A DNA stretch of 64,000 nucleotides from Octopus vulgaris (GCA_951406725.2 OX597824.1:55366001-55430000); one strand, 5' to 3'. Positions 42,336 to 56,280 are shown, numbered from the stretch's first letter. The notes: generated by a model from the sequence alone, not told the origin. Numbers and translations: made by a program.

Positions 42336-42357
42336 ATGTGTATATATATGTGTGTAT

Positions 42358-42480
42358 ATCTCTCTATATATAAAACTGAGTATGTGTGTCTGTCTGTGGT
42401 TCCCTAAAACTTGAGAACTACACAACCAATTTCATTCAAATTTTACACATGCCTTACTTAAGGTTCGGGAAGTGTCATCG
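42358..42480 (+). mobile_element. Helitron/HINE 5' terminus
   Basis: aTCTCTCTATATATAAAACTGAG..., the reverse complement of 47030-47145 and 48590-48705. Confidence 0.65.
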
Positions 42481-42587
42481 GCAAAAATAAATGTGTGTGT
42501 GTGTGTGTATATTAATATAATTACATGAAAGTACATGAAGTTTGTTAAAAAAATGGGGATCATGTACATACCTCCTGGCTGTTGAGA

Positions 42588-45500
42588 TTATAACACCTCT
42601 TTGTAAACAATGTTCCTTGTTTTTCCTTGTGGAGCATATACAAAAAGGTTTCTTTTGGTTCCTACTCTTGAGCAGCCAACATATAGTTGCCCATGTGAGA
42701 AGCAGGGCTCTTCCAAGAGAAGACCAGCTACAGAGAGGGTTTGACCCTGAGATTTGTTAATGAACATGGCAAAGCTGACACGAAGGGGGATTTGCAGTCT
42801 TCTGAATGTAAATGGAATTTCTGCTCCTGATGGAGTAAGATGAATTCTTGGAATAAAGACGTCATCACCTTTTCCACATCCAGAAAGAATGATCGCCTCA
42901 ATAACATGTGACATCATTTTCTTTATCACCAGTCGTATTCCATTGCAAAGTCTTGGTGGTTCCAGATTGCGGAGTAGCATTACAGGAGTTCCAACTTTAA
43001 GTGCTAATATGTGTGGAGGTAGTCCAGGAGGCTCCAGTGAATTGAGAAATTCAGGAGGATAGTTCACAACTTCATTTATATCTGGAATTGTATCAACAGA
43101 CTTGTAAGTGTGTATAGTGTCGGGAAGAGAATGCATTAGCTGTTGATTAATTTTGTTAACAGCGACGTTTTTTGGAGCTAATATTGCTCTTTCACACAGC
43201 CAATTGTGATTTTGGTAGTTTTGTGTGAAGTTGGGAAAGACTTTGTTTTTGAGGTCATCTACAGAATTAACAACAGAGGGAAATGACCACACTTCCATTT
43301 GTCCTGCAGCATTGAGAGGCATCTTGCCTTCACCAAGTGTCAGAATGTCCTGTGAAAACTTTGTGGACATTTTGCCACCGTGTAGCTGAGCTCTCATGTT
43401 AGTGGTGAGACTGAGGATAGTAACATGATGCCACAAGGTAGAGGACTTTAGACATGCTTGGACTTCCTCTGCTCTAGTGCCTTTCGGAATGACAGGAAGA
43501 GTTTGCCTGAAATCACCTGACAACAGAAGCGTTACACCTCCCATTGGAGCCTGACAGTCTCAGATGTCTTTCAGGGCTCTATCTAATGCTTCCAAAGCTC
43601 CCTTGTGAGCCCTTGAGTATCGTAGGTTGTTTCACGAATGACAGCAGTGGGAAGGCTATTTGACCCTGACCTGAATGCTTGTGGCAGGCCATACGTCGAC
43701 AATTCATTTCCACCCAGTTTAGCAATTCTGTCTTCAATGTCAATGAGTGTTTTGTTATAGATTTTATTGCTGATACCCTCCATGTTAGGACAGAGCAGTT
43801 GAGCTTGGCGCTGAAAGTCTTCAGCCAGGTTGTCTCTATATTTGAGCCATAGAGTGGCCAGATCACACAGTAGTAATACTGCAAATAGTGCCCTGAGACT
43901 TTTAGGTGATTGTGATAAAGCAGCCTCTCCTAAAGTTGCATCCCATTGTGCACCATCTTCTAACAGACCTTGTCGATAGCAAGCTTCTCTGTATGTTGTG
44001 CAGACATGTCCATGAACGGTTTTTAGGGCCTGGAAAGACGTTGGCTCTCTGACTTCATGCAGTAGTAGACGAAGGTAGAAGCACTCTTGTTGAGTGGGAT
44101 GCACTGTGTATACTCACGCAAGGCAAGTGTGAAACTTAATGCCAGGGTATTCATGAACATTTTGACCTTTCCGTGGGGCCCATTGTTTTCCATTCCAAGT
44201 GTAGTACGATGGAATCTGTGGTTGTGGATACAGCAAGGTTTGAGCGAATGGATCCACTTGACAAAGCTTGAAGAATGCAGTGAGTGTGCTATCCCTTGGT
44301 TCCTCTGCTAACAAGAGTAGCATTAGCATCGGTGAAGTACACTGCTAGCTGTTGAATGGCGGGGTGTCGTTGGTTAATTGGAAAGCTAAAGATGCACCAG
44401 AAAGCCTCGTTGCTACTTATGTACCGTCCCACCTGATAATGCATCACCTCATCCTGGCAGCATTCTTGTTGAAGTCCAAACATTGCAGCATCAGAACCCT
44501 TGTTTACATATTTGCAAACTTACTTGATGGATTTAATGGAGTTGCAAAACTCAACGTTGATGTGGGCATTGAAAGTCTTTGACAGGAGTGGGCAGTATTG
44601 AACAATCCATCTATTATCAATATTGTGCTGTCCGATAGTTGCTGTGAAACCTCCGTCTTCTGGTTTTCTGCATCTGTATGATGGATACCCATCAGCACCT
44701 GTTTGAGTTTCTTGTAGGAACCTCCTTGGAAATCTTTTTGAACATATGCTGTCCTTCAAGCATGGTGAGTTTATGTTGAATCCACGCCCACATGGACCAT
44801 GTGCCATGTTTGCTTTAACTATTTCGTATAGTTCTTTGTCTAAAGCTGGATCAGGAAGCTCTGCAGAGATTATCTTGTCGATGTCATTAGAATTGATCTT
44901 CGCTGAGAGCCAAAGCAGGATATGAGAATGTGGAAGGCCCCTTTTTTGCCACTCGATTGTGTACATGTCACATTGTATGGGCCCAAAGACTTGCCCTTTT
45001 TATATGAGCTCCATGAGAGAGATTAACTTCAGATGGAAAACTCGGGTGAGGAGGTCATGCCTGTCTTTAGGCTTTTGACTGAAGAAGAGTTTGGCCTGAA
45101 TCTCCTTCCACTAGGGATTGCATGTGAAAGTTATGAATAGGTCAGGCCTGCCGTAATGGCGGACAAAGGTCATTGCATCCTGTGTTCTTTCCTACATGTA
45201 TCGGGGACTTCCAGTGAATGTAGAAGGCAAGATGCAAAGTGTTCCTATGTTTGTTGGAGCAGCATCATTGTTGATGGCATCTCGGAGATGGATGTAGCTG
45301 TCAGATCGCAATTTTTTTTTATGTAACCTGATGAAACACAATCTCTCTGATTCCATTTTTGTGCACATATCGACTGCAAATTGAGGAAACAGCTCTCGAG
45401 ACTGGTGGAGGTGATTACAGCAGTTGTTTCGGGTCATAAATCTGTATGAGTAGAAGTCCATGCAGGATATTGGCTTGTTAAGATGTTCATTAAGATTTTG

Positions 45501-45990
45501 AGGATGTTGCTGTAGTAGACCGATGTGGTAGCCATCCTCACCATTAACAAACAGAAGTGGGTATTGGAGTGAATCGTATGATCTGTGTGTTTCACTAATT
45601 CGTTGGAGGGTGGTGTCACGTTGCCTGAGGACAATGTCTCTGGGATTGTACTGTTCACTGTGAAGGAGTACAGCTATTTCATTGCATGTGGGTGCATTGT
45701 AATGGCCTGCATGTTCCCTAGATGGTCTTTTCTACGCATCAATGATAACATTAAAATCTGATGAATCTTCTGTTTCCAAGGTATACTTGAAGCTGCGTAC
45801 GTAGCTGTTTTTCTGGTGCAACAGGTCTTGCAGTTGCATTATCAAGTGAAAGTTAGTACCTGTGGAAATGGAATTTCGTTGGGTGGCTTGTTCATGTAAA
45901 TTACCTATAAAGTACAGTTGAAGGAATTGAGGATCTTGATTTTCAGCAGGTTCGAGTGATCCTATCCTATGGTAAACCTGTCCCTGCACA
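42588..45990 (-). pseudogene. Helitron RepHel pseudogene
   Basis: QGQVYHRIGSL, ILPSTFTGSPRYM, PDLFITFTCNP, IEWQKRGLPHSHILLW (HUH motif), FYLRLLL, GDFRQTLPV, KSQGQTL, FSHGQLYVGCSRV. Frameshifted. Confidence 0.93.
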
Positions 45991-46110
45991 AGGCTTTTGT
46001 TGGTCTGAGGCTACAGCAGAAGACACATGCCAAGTCACCACACAGTGGGACTAAACCCAGGACCATGTGTTTGGAACGTAGTTTGTTACCACACAGCCAC
46101 ACCTGCCCCT
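45988..46110 (-). mobile_element. SINE 5' fragment
   Basis: accacacagccac and other blocks of the 18270 family. It truncates RepHel. Confidence 0.7.
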
Positions 46111-46169
46111 ATGTATGTGTGTGTGTGTGTGTGTGCGTATGTGTGTATGTGTAGATATATTATGCATGT

Positions 46170-48705
46170 ATATATGTGTTTATATATATGTGTACATATT
46201 ACATGTACATCTATATATATACATCTACACATAAAATACAAAATACAAAGTTATATCTTGATATCGCTAGTGATAACAATACTCAAAATATATAACAGAC
46301 TGGAATTGTAGGCCCGTCTTCTTGCAATTTCGATCAGTTGGATCTTGTCCTCCCTCTTGTATAGAAGTGTACGGCTGCAGCGAAATTCATTTTTGGACTT
46401 TCTTCTATCGAAGGCATTTTAACAAATATGCTTCCGTAAAGACGGTGAAAATATTTTCAACTTCCCCAAACAGGGACACAATTCAATTTTTAAACAATAA
46501 CCAAAGCCCCTTTTCCGAAAGGGGGAGGGTTATGGTTTACAATTATTTAATAAATGCAACACAACAACGTTTCCCTGACGAGGAACAAACAAACGTGATT
46601 ACAATAGTCAAACAGTAATAATAATAACAACAAACCTTTTTAATTTATCCTCATTTATGTGAAACCACTTATTCAATTTCAAGTCATTGATGCAATTTTA
46701 TACGAATTGCTAATACACACACACACATAATAAGGGTGAAAAATTGAATATTAATTTGATTAATATGAATTGAAAACCAGTGGTGTAGCATATAAGACCA
46801 TAGCGGATCTTCTTCTAGCAAAATGGATGACCACTGTTAATGGTTCATCCATGATATATAATACTTTCACTTTATTAGTTTCAGTATTAAAGTGAAAGTG
46901 TCTGCATTACAATAGAGAGATGTTTTTGTTTCACTTTTAACACGTAATACTGAAATAGTGGAGAAGATATGATATTGCTGTGGGGTTGCTCTAGGGAAAA
47001 AGTTAAAATTTGTTTTGCCGATGACACTCCCCGGACCCTAAGTAAGGCATGTGTAAAATTTGAATGAAATTGGTTGTGTAGTTCTCAAGTTTTAGGGAAA
47101 CACACAGACAGACGGACACATTCTCAGTTTTATATATATAGAGATACTAGCATTATGACCCGTCGTTGCCAGGTCATAGTGCTAGTGCATATATATATAT
47201 GTGTACATATTACATGTACATCTATATATATACATCTACACATAAAATACAAAATACAAAGCTATATTTTGATATCGCTAGTGATAACAATACTCAAAAT
47301 ATATAACAGACTGGAATTGTAGGCCCGTCTCTTGCAATTTCAATCAATTATATCTTGTCCTCCCTCTTGTATAGAAGTGTGGCTACAATCCAGCCTACCT
47401 CTACTTCTAGGGGGACATTTTAAACTTTTATCTGGGACGTCCTATGTCCCAGATATGAAGGTAAAAATAAAATATTTCCACTTTGCAAGATTCGAGTTGA
47501 GTACTCCCTTGCATGCTCCGTTGACTCGAACCTTGCTTCTATTGTGGCGAATTTACTGCCTCTGGTTAGATACTTGATATCTTTCATAGTCGCACCAAGA
47601 CACTTTTCGATGGTGCTTTCCTCCAGGTGTTCAAATCTTTTTTTTCTCTACATTGTATACTTTATAGACAATAGTCTTTTCTTTAATTTAATTTTTTATT
47701 TCGTTTGGTGGTGTTATCCTAGATTCACCGTCTTTGTCAGTGATCAATCCATATTTCTTCCATTTTAATTTCAATGAGTTCGCACCCACCGATGGCTGCA
47801 GCGAAATTCATTTTTGGACTTTCTTCTATCGAAGGCATTCTAATAAAAATACTTCCGTGTAAACGGTGAAACTATTGTCAGTTTCCCCAAACAGGGACAC
47901 AATTCAATTTTTAAACAATAACCAAAGCTCCTTCTCCTAAAGGGGGAAGGTTACAGTTTACAATTATTTAACAAATGCAACACAACAATGTTTCATTTAC
48001 GAGGAACCAACAAACGTGACAACAATAGTTAAACAATAATAATAACAACAAACCTTACGATGAGTCAGAAAGCAGTAAGCAGTTGAAGCTTTAGTCCTTT
48101 ATGTATAAGAAATAAACCAACAGCAGTACTCCGTAGATCCGGCTGTTCGAGAAAACAGATATTACATACAGCTAAACTTCATATAGATACTTAATGCTAG
48201 CTAATTAGCAGATAATCTAATGTAAAAGCACAGCTCCATCTGGACTATTCCATTTCTGCACGCTAATTTTATTTTTAATTTATTCCCATTCATGTGAAAC
48301 CACTTATTCAAGTTCAAGTCATTGAGGCAATTTTATACCAATTGCTATTTTTACTTTTGTTATGTTACGATTATATTATACTTTAGTTTGATTTTAATTA
48401 TTACTTACTACATATAATTCAATTGTTATTATTATTTTTATTGTTAAAGTGAAAGTATCTGACATAAAATAGAGAAATGTTTTTGTTTCGCTTTTAACAC
48501 GTAATACTGAAACAGTGGAGAAGATATGATATTGCTATGGGCTCGCTCTAGGCAAGAAGTTGAACATTTTTTTTGTCCATGAAACTACATGGACCCTAAG
48601 TAAGGCATGTGTAAAATTTGAATGAAATTGGTTGTGTAGTTCTCAAGTTTTAGGGAAACACACAGACAGACAGACACACATTCTCAGTTTTATATATATA
48701 GAGAT
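46170..48705 (-). mobile_element. two head-to-tail non-autonomous Helitron-like copies (46170-47145; 47146-48705)
   Basis: Duplicated blocks (ORFs 46027 and 47074 end in identical peptides), near-identical 5' ends, and a 3' CTAG palindrome at 47146-47186. Confidence 0.75.
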
Positions 48706-48738
48706 ATATAAAACAAAAAGTGTGAGACATAAAATAGC

Positions 48739-48850
48739 TTACAAGGGGATGCAGAAAAGTTCTTGGCTTTGGGTAAAAGGAAATAGAGGAGGATTAGTTG
48801 ATTATGATTTTATTCAATATATTCCCCTCTCAGATTCACACACTTATTGC
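48739..48850. mobile_element. mariner TIR fragment
   Basis: TA-caaggggatgcagaaaagttc. Confidence 0.4.
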
Positions 48851-49034
48851 AGTGTATATAGCACTCTATATGCTTTACTTTTATGTATTCAGTTTATTAC
48901 TCCTGTCTGCACCAACAAACCTGTGTGTGTGCTTGTGTGAGTGTGTGTGTGTAGATAGATAGATAGATATGCATGTATGTATATGATTAAACAGACTCCA
49001 AAGAGGTTGGTATTGGCTTGCATCAGCAAGATTT

Positions 49035-49078
<44 letters not shown>

Positions 49079-49612
49079 CGTGTGTGTGTGTGTATGACAA
49101 CAAAATGTACTTGTACATTTGTATTTACCAGCCAAAATACCTCATATTGAATAGGGGTAAAGATGTGAATCAATAGTGGCATGGCCTTGTATTTAGGTAA
49201 CTTTGTAGACTCTGTTTTAAATCTAAAAGAAATGAAACCACACTAACAAGTTTCTCAACAGATCAGGACCACCTGGACTGTCGTCTCACATTCTCTAACT
49301 GAAGAAAAGATACTTAATTATTCTTTGGCAGAACTTAGATGCACCACACTGATGCAGTGGTACAAGTTTGGTCTGCCTACTGTGCAAATATTTTTAGCAA
49401 AGTCTTGGATAAATACTTCACATATTTTTGATATATTTTATGTCTTTATTTTTCAAAAAATTCTTTGGTTTTCTATTTTTTAAAACGCCAAAGATTGCAA
49501 TTCTGCAAATAAAATGTTTTTGAAAATTACAAGTTTGAAACAACAATAGCTTTTAGATTCTCAAAATTTTTTATGGGAGCATCTACTTTTGTAATTCTAC
49601 ACAAAAAATATG

Positions 49613-49778
49613 GCTTGGGTAACGGGTTGGGGTTAGGATTTAGTATCAGGGCTTAGTATTAGGGTTTAGGTTTTATATATAAGCTTAAGGTTGAAATTTA
49701 GAGTGAGGGTCTAAGAGTAAGTGCTTAAGATGAGGTTTCATAGTTAGAGTAGGTTTAGAGTTTCAGGTTAGAGTTAAG
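49613..49778 (+). repeat. degenerate (TTAGGG)n-like tract
   Basis: ggggttagg, ttagggtttagg and ttagag 6-mer periodicity. Confidence 0.5.
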
Positions 49779-49799
49779 ATAAATTACTGCCATCACTGT

Positions 49800-50950
49800 T
49801 GCTACTGTTGTGAATGCTAGACACCACCTCAACTTCATAGACCATAGCCTTGGAGATGCATCAACTACCCCACTGAGCACTCATTTTTAACCCTACATGA
49901 ACATCATGACTCTGTGCAGGGTTTAGGAGTGTTCACTAAAACTTTTTAACACTGGGCGTACAGTTGAAAGAGCCCCTTAAGTTGTCTCTTAAATGATCAT
50001 CTCTACCTATGGGATTGTGTGAAGTTCTTGTTCCCTTAATCTAAGGAATATCCTTTCCTCTCAGGTTTTGATGTTGAATGAGAAGGGTGGGGCAAACCAA
50101 ATGACTTTACATTGGTGCTTCCTTCTGTGGGTGTTAGGTCCTGGCATAAAGGAGATGTGGTCCTTAAACTCACTGGCTGTCAGAGCCCCATTATAAAAGA
50201 GGGCTGTGGTGTCAAAAACCTCTTTATAAGAGAACAGGTTCAAAATATTCTGACACCTTTCATTAGCTTCTTGAACATGATAGGTGGGTGGCAGGATGCT
50301 GTGTTAATGTACAACAACCTTTCATTTGGTTTGTAGTAGGGCCTGTATGAATAGGTACCGAGGTCTAGCATAACATCTAAACAGTTTACAATAGTAAGAT
50401 TGATCTCAATTGTATCTTAAGGCCAAGAGAGTTAAGCATGCAAGTTAGGTTTTTTTATGTGTACACATCAGCCCATCTAGGGTGTACACATTAGTACCTC
50501 TAGAAATGGCTAAAGCATCTCCTCTGTATAAACCAAAAAGTACTGATGGGAATCTCTTCATTAAGATGTCCAGTATACATGAGGTTGCATATATCTGTAC
50601 TGTGAAATGCTCCCATCCTCACATCAAAGGAGCACACTGGGTCAGCTTGTTTGACCCAGGTTGAACTTTTGTTGAACTGCTGCATTTTCCTAGTGTGCAT
50701 AATTAGAATTATATTCCTATCACTAATGTCAGAAGAATTCCCAATGTACATAAATGCCTTAACTAGTAACCCTTTCGATATAGACAGATAAAAATCTACT
50801 ATATCAAATTATGTGCAATAGAGTGAAGTTCTAAAGTAACTTAGTATATATTTTTGGTTGAAGGACTAGATAAATGTGATTGATATATGACAAATTCTCT
50901 TAATTACTATCATACAGACTTGACTGTACTTAGCAAAGTAGTTAACACTA
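49800..50950 (-). mobile_element. Penelope-like RT fragment
   Basis: FDIVDFY, FDVRMGAFHSTDICNL, GLYRGDA, VIWFAPPFS. Confidence 0.75.
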
Positions 50951-51099
50951 CTGATGGCATCTAAGAGTAATTTAGTCTTTTGATATTTCTAGTTGTCTTT
51001 ATCAAACCAGTGTACATTTATGTTCATTTACTTTGCAGCTCTACTATCACCACTTTGGCAAGTAAAGTGTAGTCCATAGCAGCCAGAAATTAATGTGGC

Positions 51100-51505
51100 C
51101 TACTGGCACAAAAGTTTTCATACATGGACAGGAAGGATGACATCATCTCCCACCTAAAGGATTTTGCCTATGCAGCATTAGTTTTTATTGGAAAAAAATA
51201 AAGTCAAATACTTTTAGAATACACCTTGTATATATTATGGCAGAGCAAGTGCTACAAATCATAGACTATCTCTCTGACCTTACATATTAACAAGGTCATG
51301 GAATGCATTGTCAGAAGGAGGCTGATCACATTCCTAGAAGAAAATATGTTACTCACAAACATACATCATGATTTCTGTCCTGGGAAGAGCTGACTTACAT
51401 AGAATTTTTACTGGGTGCTGAAACAACAGCTCAGCTACTCAAATATGGATGTGATGTATCTCAACTTTGCCAAGACCTTCAGCAAAGTTGATCGTAGGAT
51501 ATGTC
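51100..51505 (+). pseudogene. CR1/L2/Jockey-group RT fragment
   Basis: KVMECIVRRRLITFLEEN..HHDFCPGKS, and MDVMYLNFAKTFSKV. Confidence 0.6.
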
Positions 51506-51964
51506 AAAAAGTATACTTGTGGTAGCAGGAGATCTTTATGTCTTATGACTGTGTTAGTAGGTAATGTGGGTATACATTCAGAACTGTATTTCTGTATGAG
51601 GAAATGCATGCATATACATGTTTTTTTATATTACATACATGTGTTATACATCACAATTTATATTCATTATTGTCAGCATTTTAGTTAGTATCAATTAATT
51701 CATTTTATTATAATTGTCATTTTGACATTCTACTTGTGATACATGCTTACCTTTACAACTGTCACAATCATCATCACTATCATTACAGTAATTTTAAGAT
51801 ACGTTTCATATACACTACTTAATTCTGTATACATTATTTACATTTGACGGATATTTATCCTCATCTTGTTTGTTGTTAACAAATGTAAATAATGTACATA
51901 ATTCCTCATCTCTTAAATATAGAACTGTATTAATTCTGTATGTGGTCCAATCCTGTAATTACTA

Positions 51965-51999
<35 letters not shown>

Positions 52000-52558
52000 A
52001 TTATGGCCAGTCAGAGAATGACCATTAAATAGAGGCTCCTAGAACAACCAGGACTATACCTTAATGGGAGCAATTGGTGTAAGGTTTGCTTGGCTGAGAG
52101 AGCTAGAATCCTGAAAAACTCACTTGATCCAGGGACATTCTTAAATTCCAAAAAAATTAATCTAATCAATCCCTCATCAGAGGAAATTCATATTAGAAAC
52201 ATGGAATTTTCCATTTGCCAACTAGGGAAAAGCAGCCAATTATAGACTAGCCTATCTTAGACACAACTGGAACCCATCTAAGGAAGATAACGCCACCTTG
52301 CCCTAGTTTTTGCAGTAGAACTTTGTTCTGGAATTCTTTGTTTTAAGAATTAATTTACCATAACATATTCCACCCTCCAGTTGTAGAGAAGTTATGTACT
52401 TCTGGCCAGCAAGTCTAATGAGTCACCTATACAGTTGAGCACTTTTTAGGTGTGATATTGATGGTCACTGTCTGACCGGCCATAGCAAACAACCTTCTAA
52501 ACATTACTGCTGTAATGTTTAGAGTGTGCTTCTGTTTGGATATATATATATAAATATA

Positions 52559-54800
52559 TCATCATCATCACCGTTTAACATCCGTTTTCCATGCTAGCAT
52601 AGTTTGGACGGTTTGACCGGGGTCTGGGAAGCCAGGAGGCTGCACCAGGCTCCAGTCTGATCTGGCAGTGTTTCTACAGCTGGATGCCCTTCCTAATGCC
52701 AACCACTCCGTGAGTGTAGTGGGTGCTTTTTATGTGCCACCGGCACAGTTGCCAGGGGAGGCTGGCAGCGAACACGATCAGTTGGTGCTTTCTACGTGCC
52801 ACCGGCATGGAAGCCAGTCAAGGTGGCACTGGCATCGGTCACGTTCAGATGCTGCTTTTTACGTGCCACCAGCACAGGTATCACAACTACAATTTCCATT
52901 TGATTTTTATTTTGATGTTGATGTACTTGACTCAATAGGTCTCCTCAAGCACAGCAGGTCGCCCTATGATCCAAGGTAAGCACAGCAGACCGTTCTGCAA
53001 TCCAAGGTCCTTTGGATGGGCTGGGGCTGTTCTGTGAAACTGGTGCAGGAACAGTCATGAACTCACATTATTTGTAGGGTCTTCACGGTCACAGCATATC
53101 TTTTGTCATTGCCTCTGTGAGGCCAAACGTTTGAAGGTCATGCTTGACCACCTCATTCCATGTCTTCCTGGGTCTACCTCTACCCTGGATTCCTTCAACT
53201 GTTTGGGAGTGGTACTTTTTCACACATCTCTCCTCATCCAGCCATAGTACATGACCATACCAGCGCAAACTTCTCTCTTGCACGCCACATGCTAGCTTCA
53301 TTTCTTTCAAGCCTACGCATGTCGTCTGCAGTCACAGCCCATGTTTCACTACCGTGAAGCATGGCAGTTTGCATGCATGCATCGTACAATCTACCTTTCA
53401 CTCTGAGCGAGAGACCCTTTGTCACCAGTAGGGGTAGAAGCTTTCTAAACTTTGCCCAGGCTATTCGTATTCTAGTAGTGACACTCTCTGAGCATCCACC
53501 TCCACCACTAACTTGGTCACCTAGATAGTGGAAACTATCTACTACTTCTAGTTTTTCCCCCTGGTGTGTGATGGAATCTGTTTTCTGAGTATCTGTGGTG
53601 TCTATTGTCCCTGTGCATTGCCACACATGAAAGCTATCTTCTTGGTTAATTTTCCTTTGATGTTGCTGCACATCTTATGCGTCCTTAGCTTACACTGGGT
53701 ACAACTTATGGAGTTTCTACCTACACCTTTTCTACAGACCGAGCAGGGCCACCTACCTGAGGGGATCTGTGATGAGTTCACCTTCCTACTGACTATAACT
53801 TTGGTCTTTGTGACATTTACTCTAAGGCCTTTTGATTCTAAACCGAGCTTCCACACCCGAAATTTCTTTTCTAGTTCTGGTAGTGATTCTGCTATGAGGA
53901 GCTTCCAGGGGCAACCCGTCTTGAATTCCTCTGTTATTGCCTAGAGGACTATGATGAATAAAAGGGGACTGAGGGCTGAACCTTGGTGGACCCCTACTTC
54001 TACCCGGAATTATTCACTATACTTGTTGCCAATCCTAACCTTACTAACAGCCTCTCTGTATAGGGCCTGTACAGCCATTAGAGCAAAGAAACAGGCCTGG
54101 AAAGCCTGGAGGGATGGGGGTAGCAGGGAACTGTACCAGGTAGCCAAAAGGGAGTCCCGCTGTCTGGTGAGGATGAAATCAATCTGGCTAGCAGAGTCCC
54201 CTGATTGATAGGTTTTAAGGTGGCTGTCTGGCTTGCTGAAGTTAGTGTTGCAGATTAAAAGGTTACATGCATCACAGAATTCCAGTAACCTAGTTCCCTC
54301 ATAGTTTCGGGTGCCAATACCATGGCCACCGTGTACCCCATTGAAGATACCAGATTCCCACCCAACATGCCTATTAAAGTCTCCAGCCACAAAGATGAGG
54401 TCATTGCCACTCGTCTTTGAGGTAGCCTGTAGAAGGGTATCATAAAAGTGGTCCTTCTGATCATTTGGTAGCCCTGCATGTGGGGCGTAGGCAGAAATAA
54501 TTGTAGCTGTGCTATTCTGTAGGACTAGCCTGAGCTTAAGCACTTTATCACATACCCTGACAACCTCTATGACCTTATCCACCCATTTCTCCGCACAGTG
54601 TATCCATGTTACCTTGCCAAAAGACTTTATACCTATGTGCCTTGCCTGTGAGGACCCTAGCTGAAGCTCCTCTCCATCTTACTTCTTGTATGCAGCATAC
54701 ATCAACCCATCTCCTTTCAAGCATCTCTACAATCTCACTAGACCTACCTTTCAGTGTGCCAACATTGACAGTGCCAACTCTGAAAACTGGGACGGTAATG
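52559..54800 (-). mobile_element. RTE LINE, internally deleted and rearranged
   Basis: VNVGTLKGRS..CIQEVRW, AGDFNRHVG, WPCSVC, MLHGSETW, GRGRPRKTW; (GAT)n tail. Inverted island at 54074-54154. Confidence 0.9.
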
Positions 54801-55159
54801 TGGGGTGAGGTTTGGGGACAAGGGATGTTATTCAGAGCCTGAAAATAAGAGGGTTGTTGTGGTGTTCGTTTTTTAGGCATGCTTCTTCTGACCTGACAAC
54901 ATTCAAGCATTCAACCATGTTAAGATTGCTGCCCCTACACATACTAGCTGAGTATCCCATTATTACTGAGTAATTTTCACAATAGAATACCTTGGTGGAC
55001 TTTTGGAATAGAACACCCACATTATGTTGAATTTTTTCCATTTTCATGATGATTTAAAAAATTTTTTCCACCAGACAATTTGAGTTCTTCTTACTAGAAC
55101 TTTGGTCTTTGCTAAGTTATGGCCTGTTATAGCTTGGAGAACAGTTGTGAATAGGAGGG

Positions 55160-55700
55160 GCTGAGGATCAAATCTTAGTGAACACCTACCTGTACACTAA
55201 ATCTGTTACTGTACCCATGACTAACTCTTACCTTACTAACAGTACCCCTGTACAAGCCATTCATCTACCCTAGCTTTCTCAAAGACCACTATATCACAGA
55301 GAAAGGTACTCTGTTGAAGGCTTTCTCCAGATCAGCAAATGCCAAGTACAACAGCTTGTTCTCTTGCAGTTGCCTGATGTTTTTGCCTTACTGAAAATCG
55401 CATCCATGGGGCTTCTCCCTGAGACAAAGCCAAACTGCATTTCATCTAGTCTAATCCTGTTCCTGATTAACTGGGCTATAACTCTCTCCACAACCTTCAT
55501 CACCTAGTCCAGCAGTTTGCTGCCACTATAATTACTTCTATCTAAGGCATCTCCATTGCCCTTAAGCATCTCATCAGAAACTCCTGATGGCCCAAGGGCT
55601 TTTGTTGTCTTCATACCTTTAATTGCCTTATCTATCATGTTACTGTCAAGTAGGATACCTTGTTCTTTTTGGTGGGAGTTCTCATGAGCAAGACTACATT
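55160..55700 (-). pseudogene. RTE RT fragment
   Basis: MKVVERVIAQLIRNRIRLDEMQFGFV. Confidence 0.8.
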
Positions 55701-55714
55701 TCTCCCATTCATTC

Positions 55715-55880
55715 TTCATTTTCAAAAGCCCTCCCATTTATTCTCCACATCTGCAACTCAGCCCTTGCTAAAGCTGGCTATAGAGATAAAATCAAATCTA
55801 TTCCTATCAGGCCTTGCACCTATAGTAGAAAGGATTATTGAAAAACATCAATTACATAGTAATAAACTACTTGGTAGAAT
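55715..55880 (+). mobile_element. PLE fragment
   Basis: CNSALAKAGYRDKI, compare YNVALSRAGYDQEI in ORF 19914. Confidence 0.5.
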
Positions 55881-55882
55881 TG

Positions 55883-55913
<31 letters not shown>

Positions 55914-55920
55914 CAACAAC

Positions 55921-56276
55921 AAGAGTGCTCAGAGAGCACAAACCTCCACCAAGGCAACACCAATGTCCTCTCAATAATTAGCCAGAGATGAATTTAAATG
56001 AGAATATCTGAAATAAACTCGACTGCTCTCACAAACAAGAATACTAAATATGAACCTGACCACTCTCAAAAATTAAGTAAAAAAACCAGAAGAATAATCC
56101 AGAATCCTTGTCTGGTACAGGATTGATCCCAAAATCTAATCAGTTCATGCCAGTCACAAGGCCAAACATCCCTGAAAGTTTCATCCGAATCCATCCAGCA
56201 GTTCTTGAGATATCTTGTCCACGGACAAACAAACAAATATGACTGAAAACAATACCTCCACCTTCACTAAGGCAGA

Positions 56277-56280
<4 letters not shown>
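55921..56280. mobile_element. short non-autonomous element between (AAT)n tracts
   Basis: Subterminal acctccaccaaggc and terminal hairpin acctccaccttcactaaggcagaggt. Confidence 0.5.
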
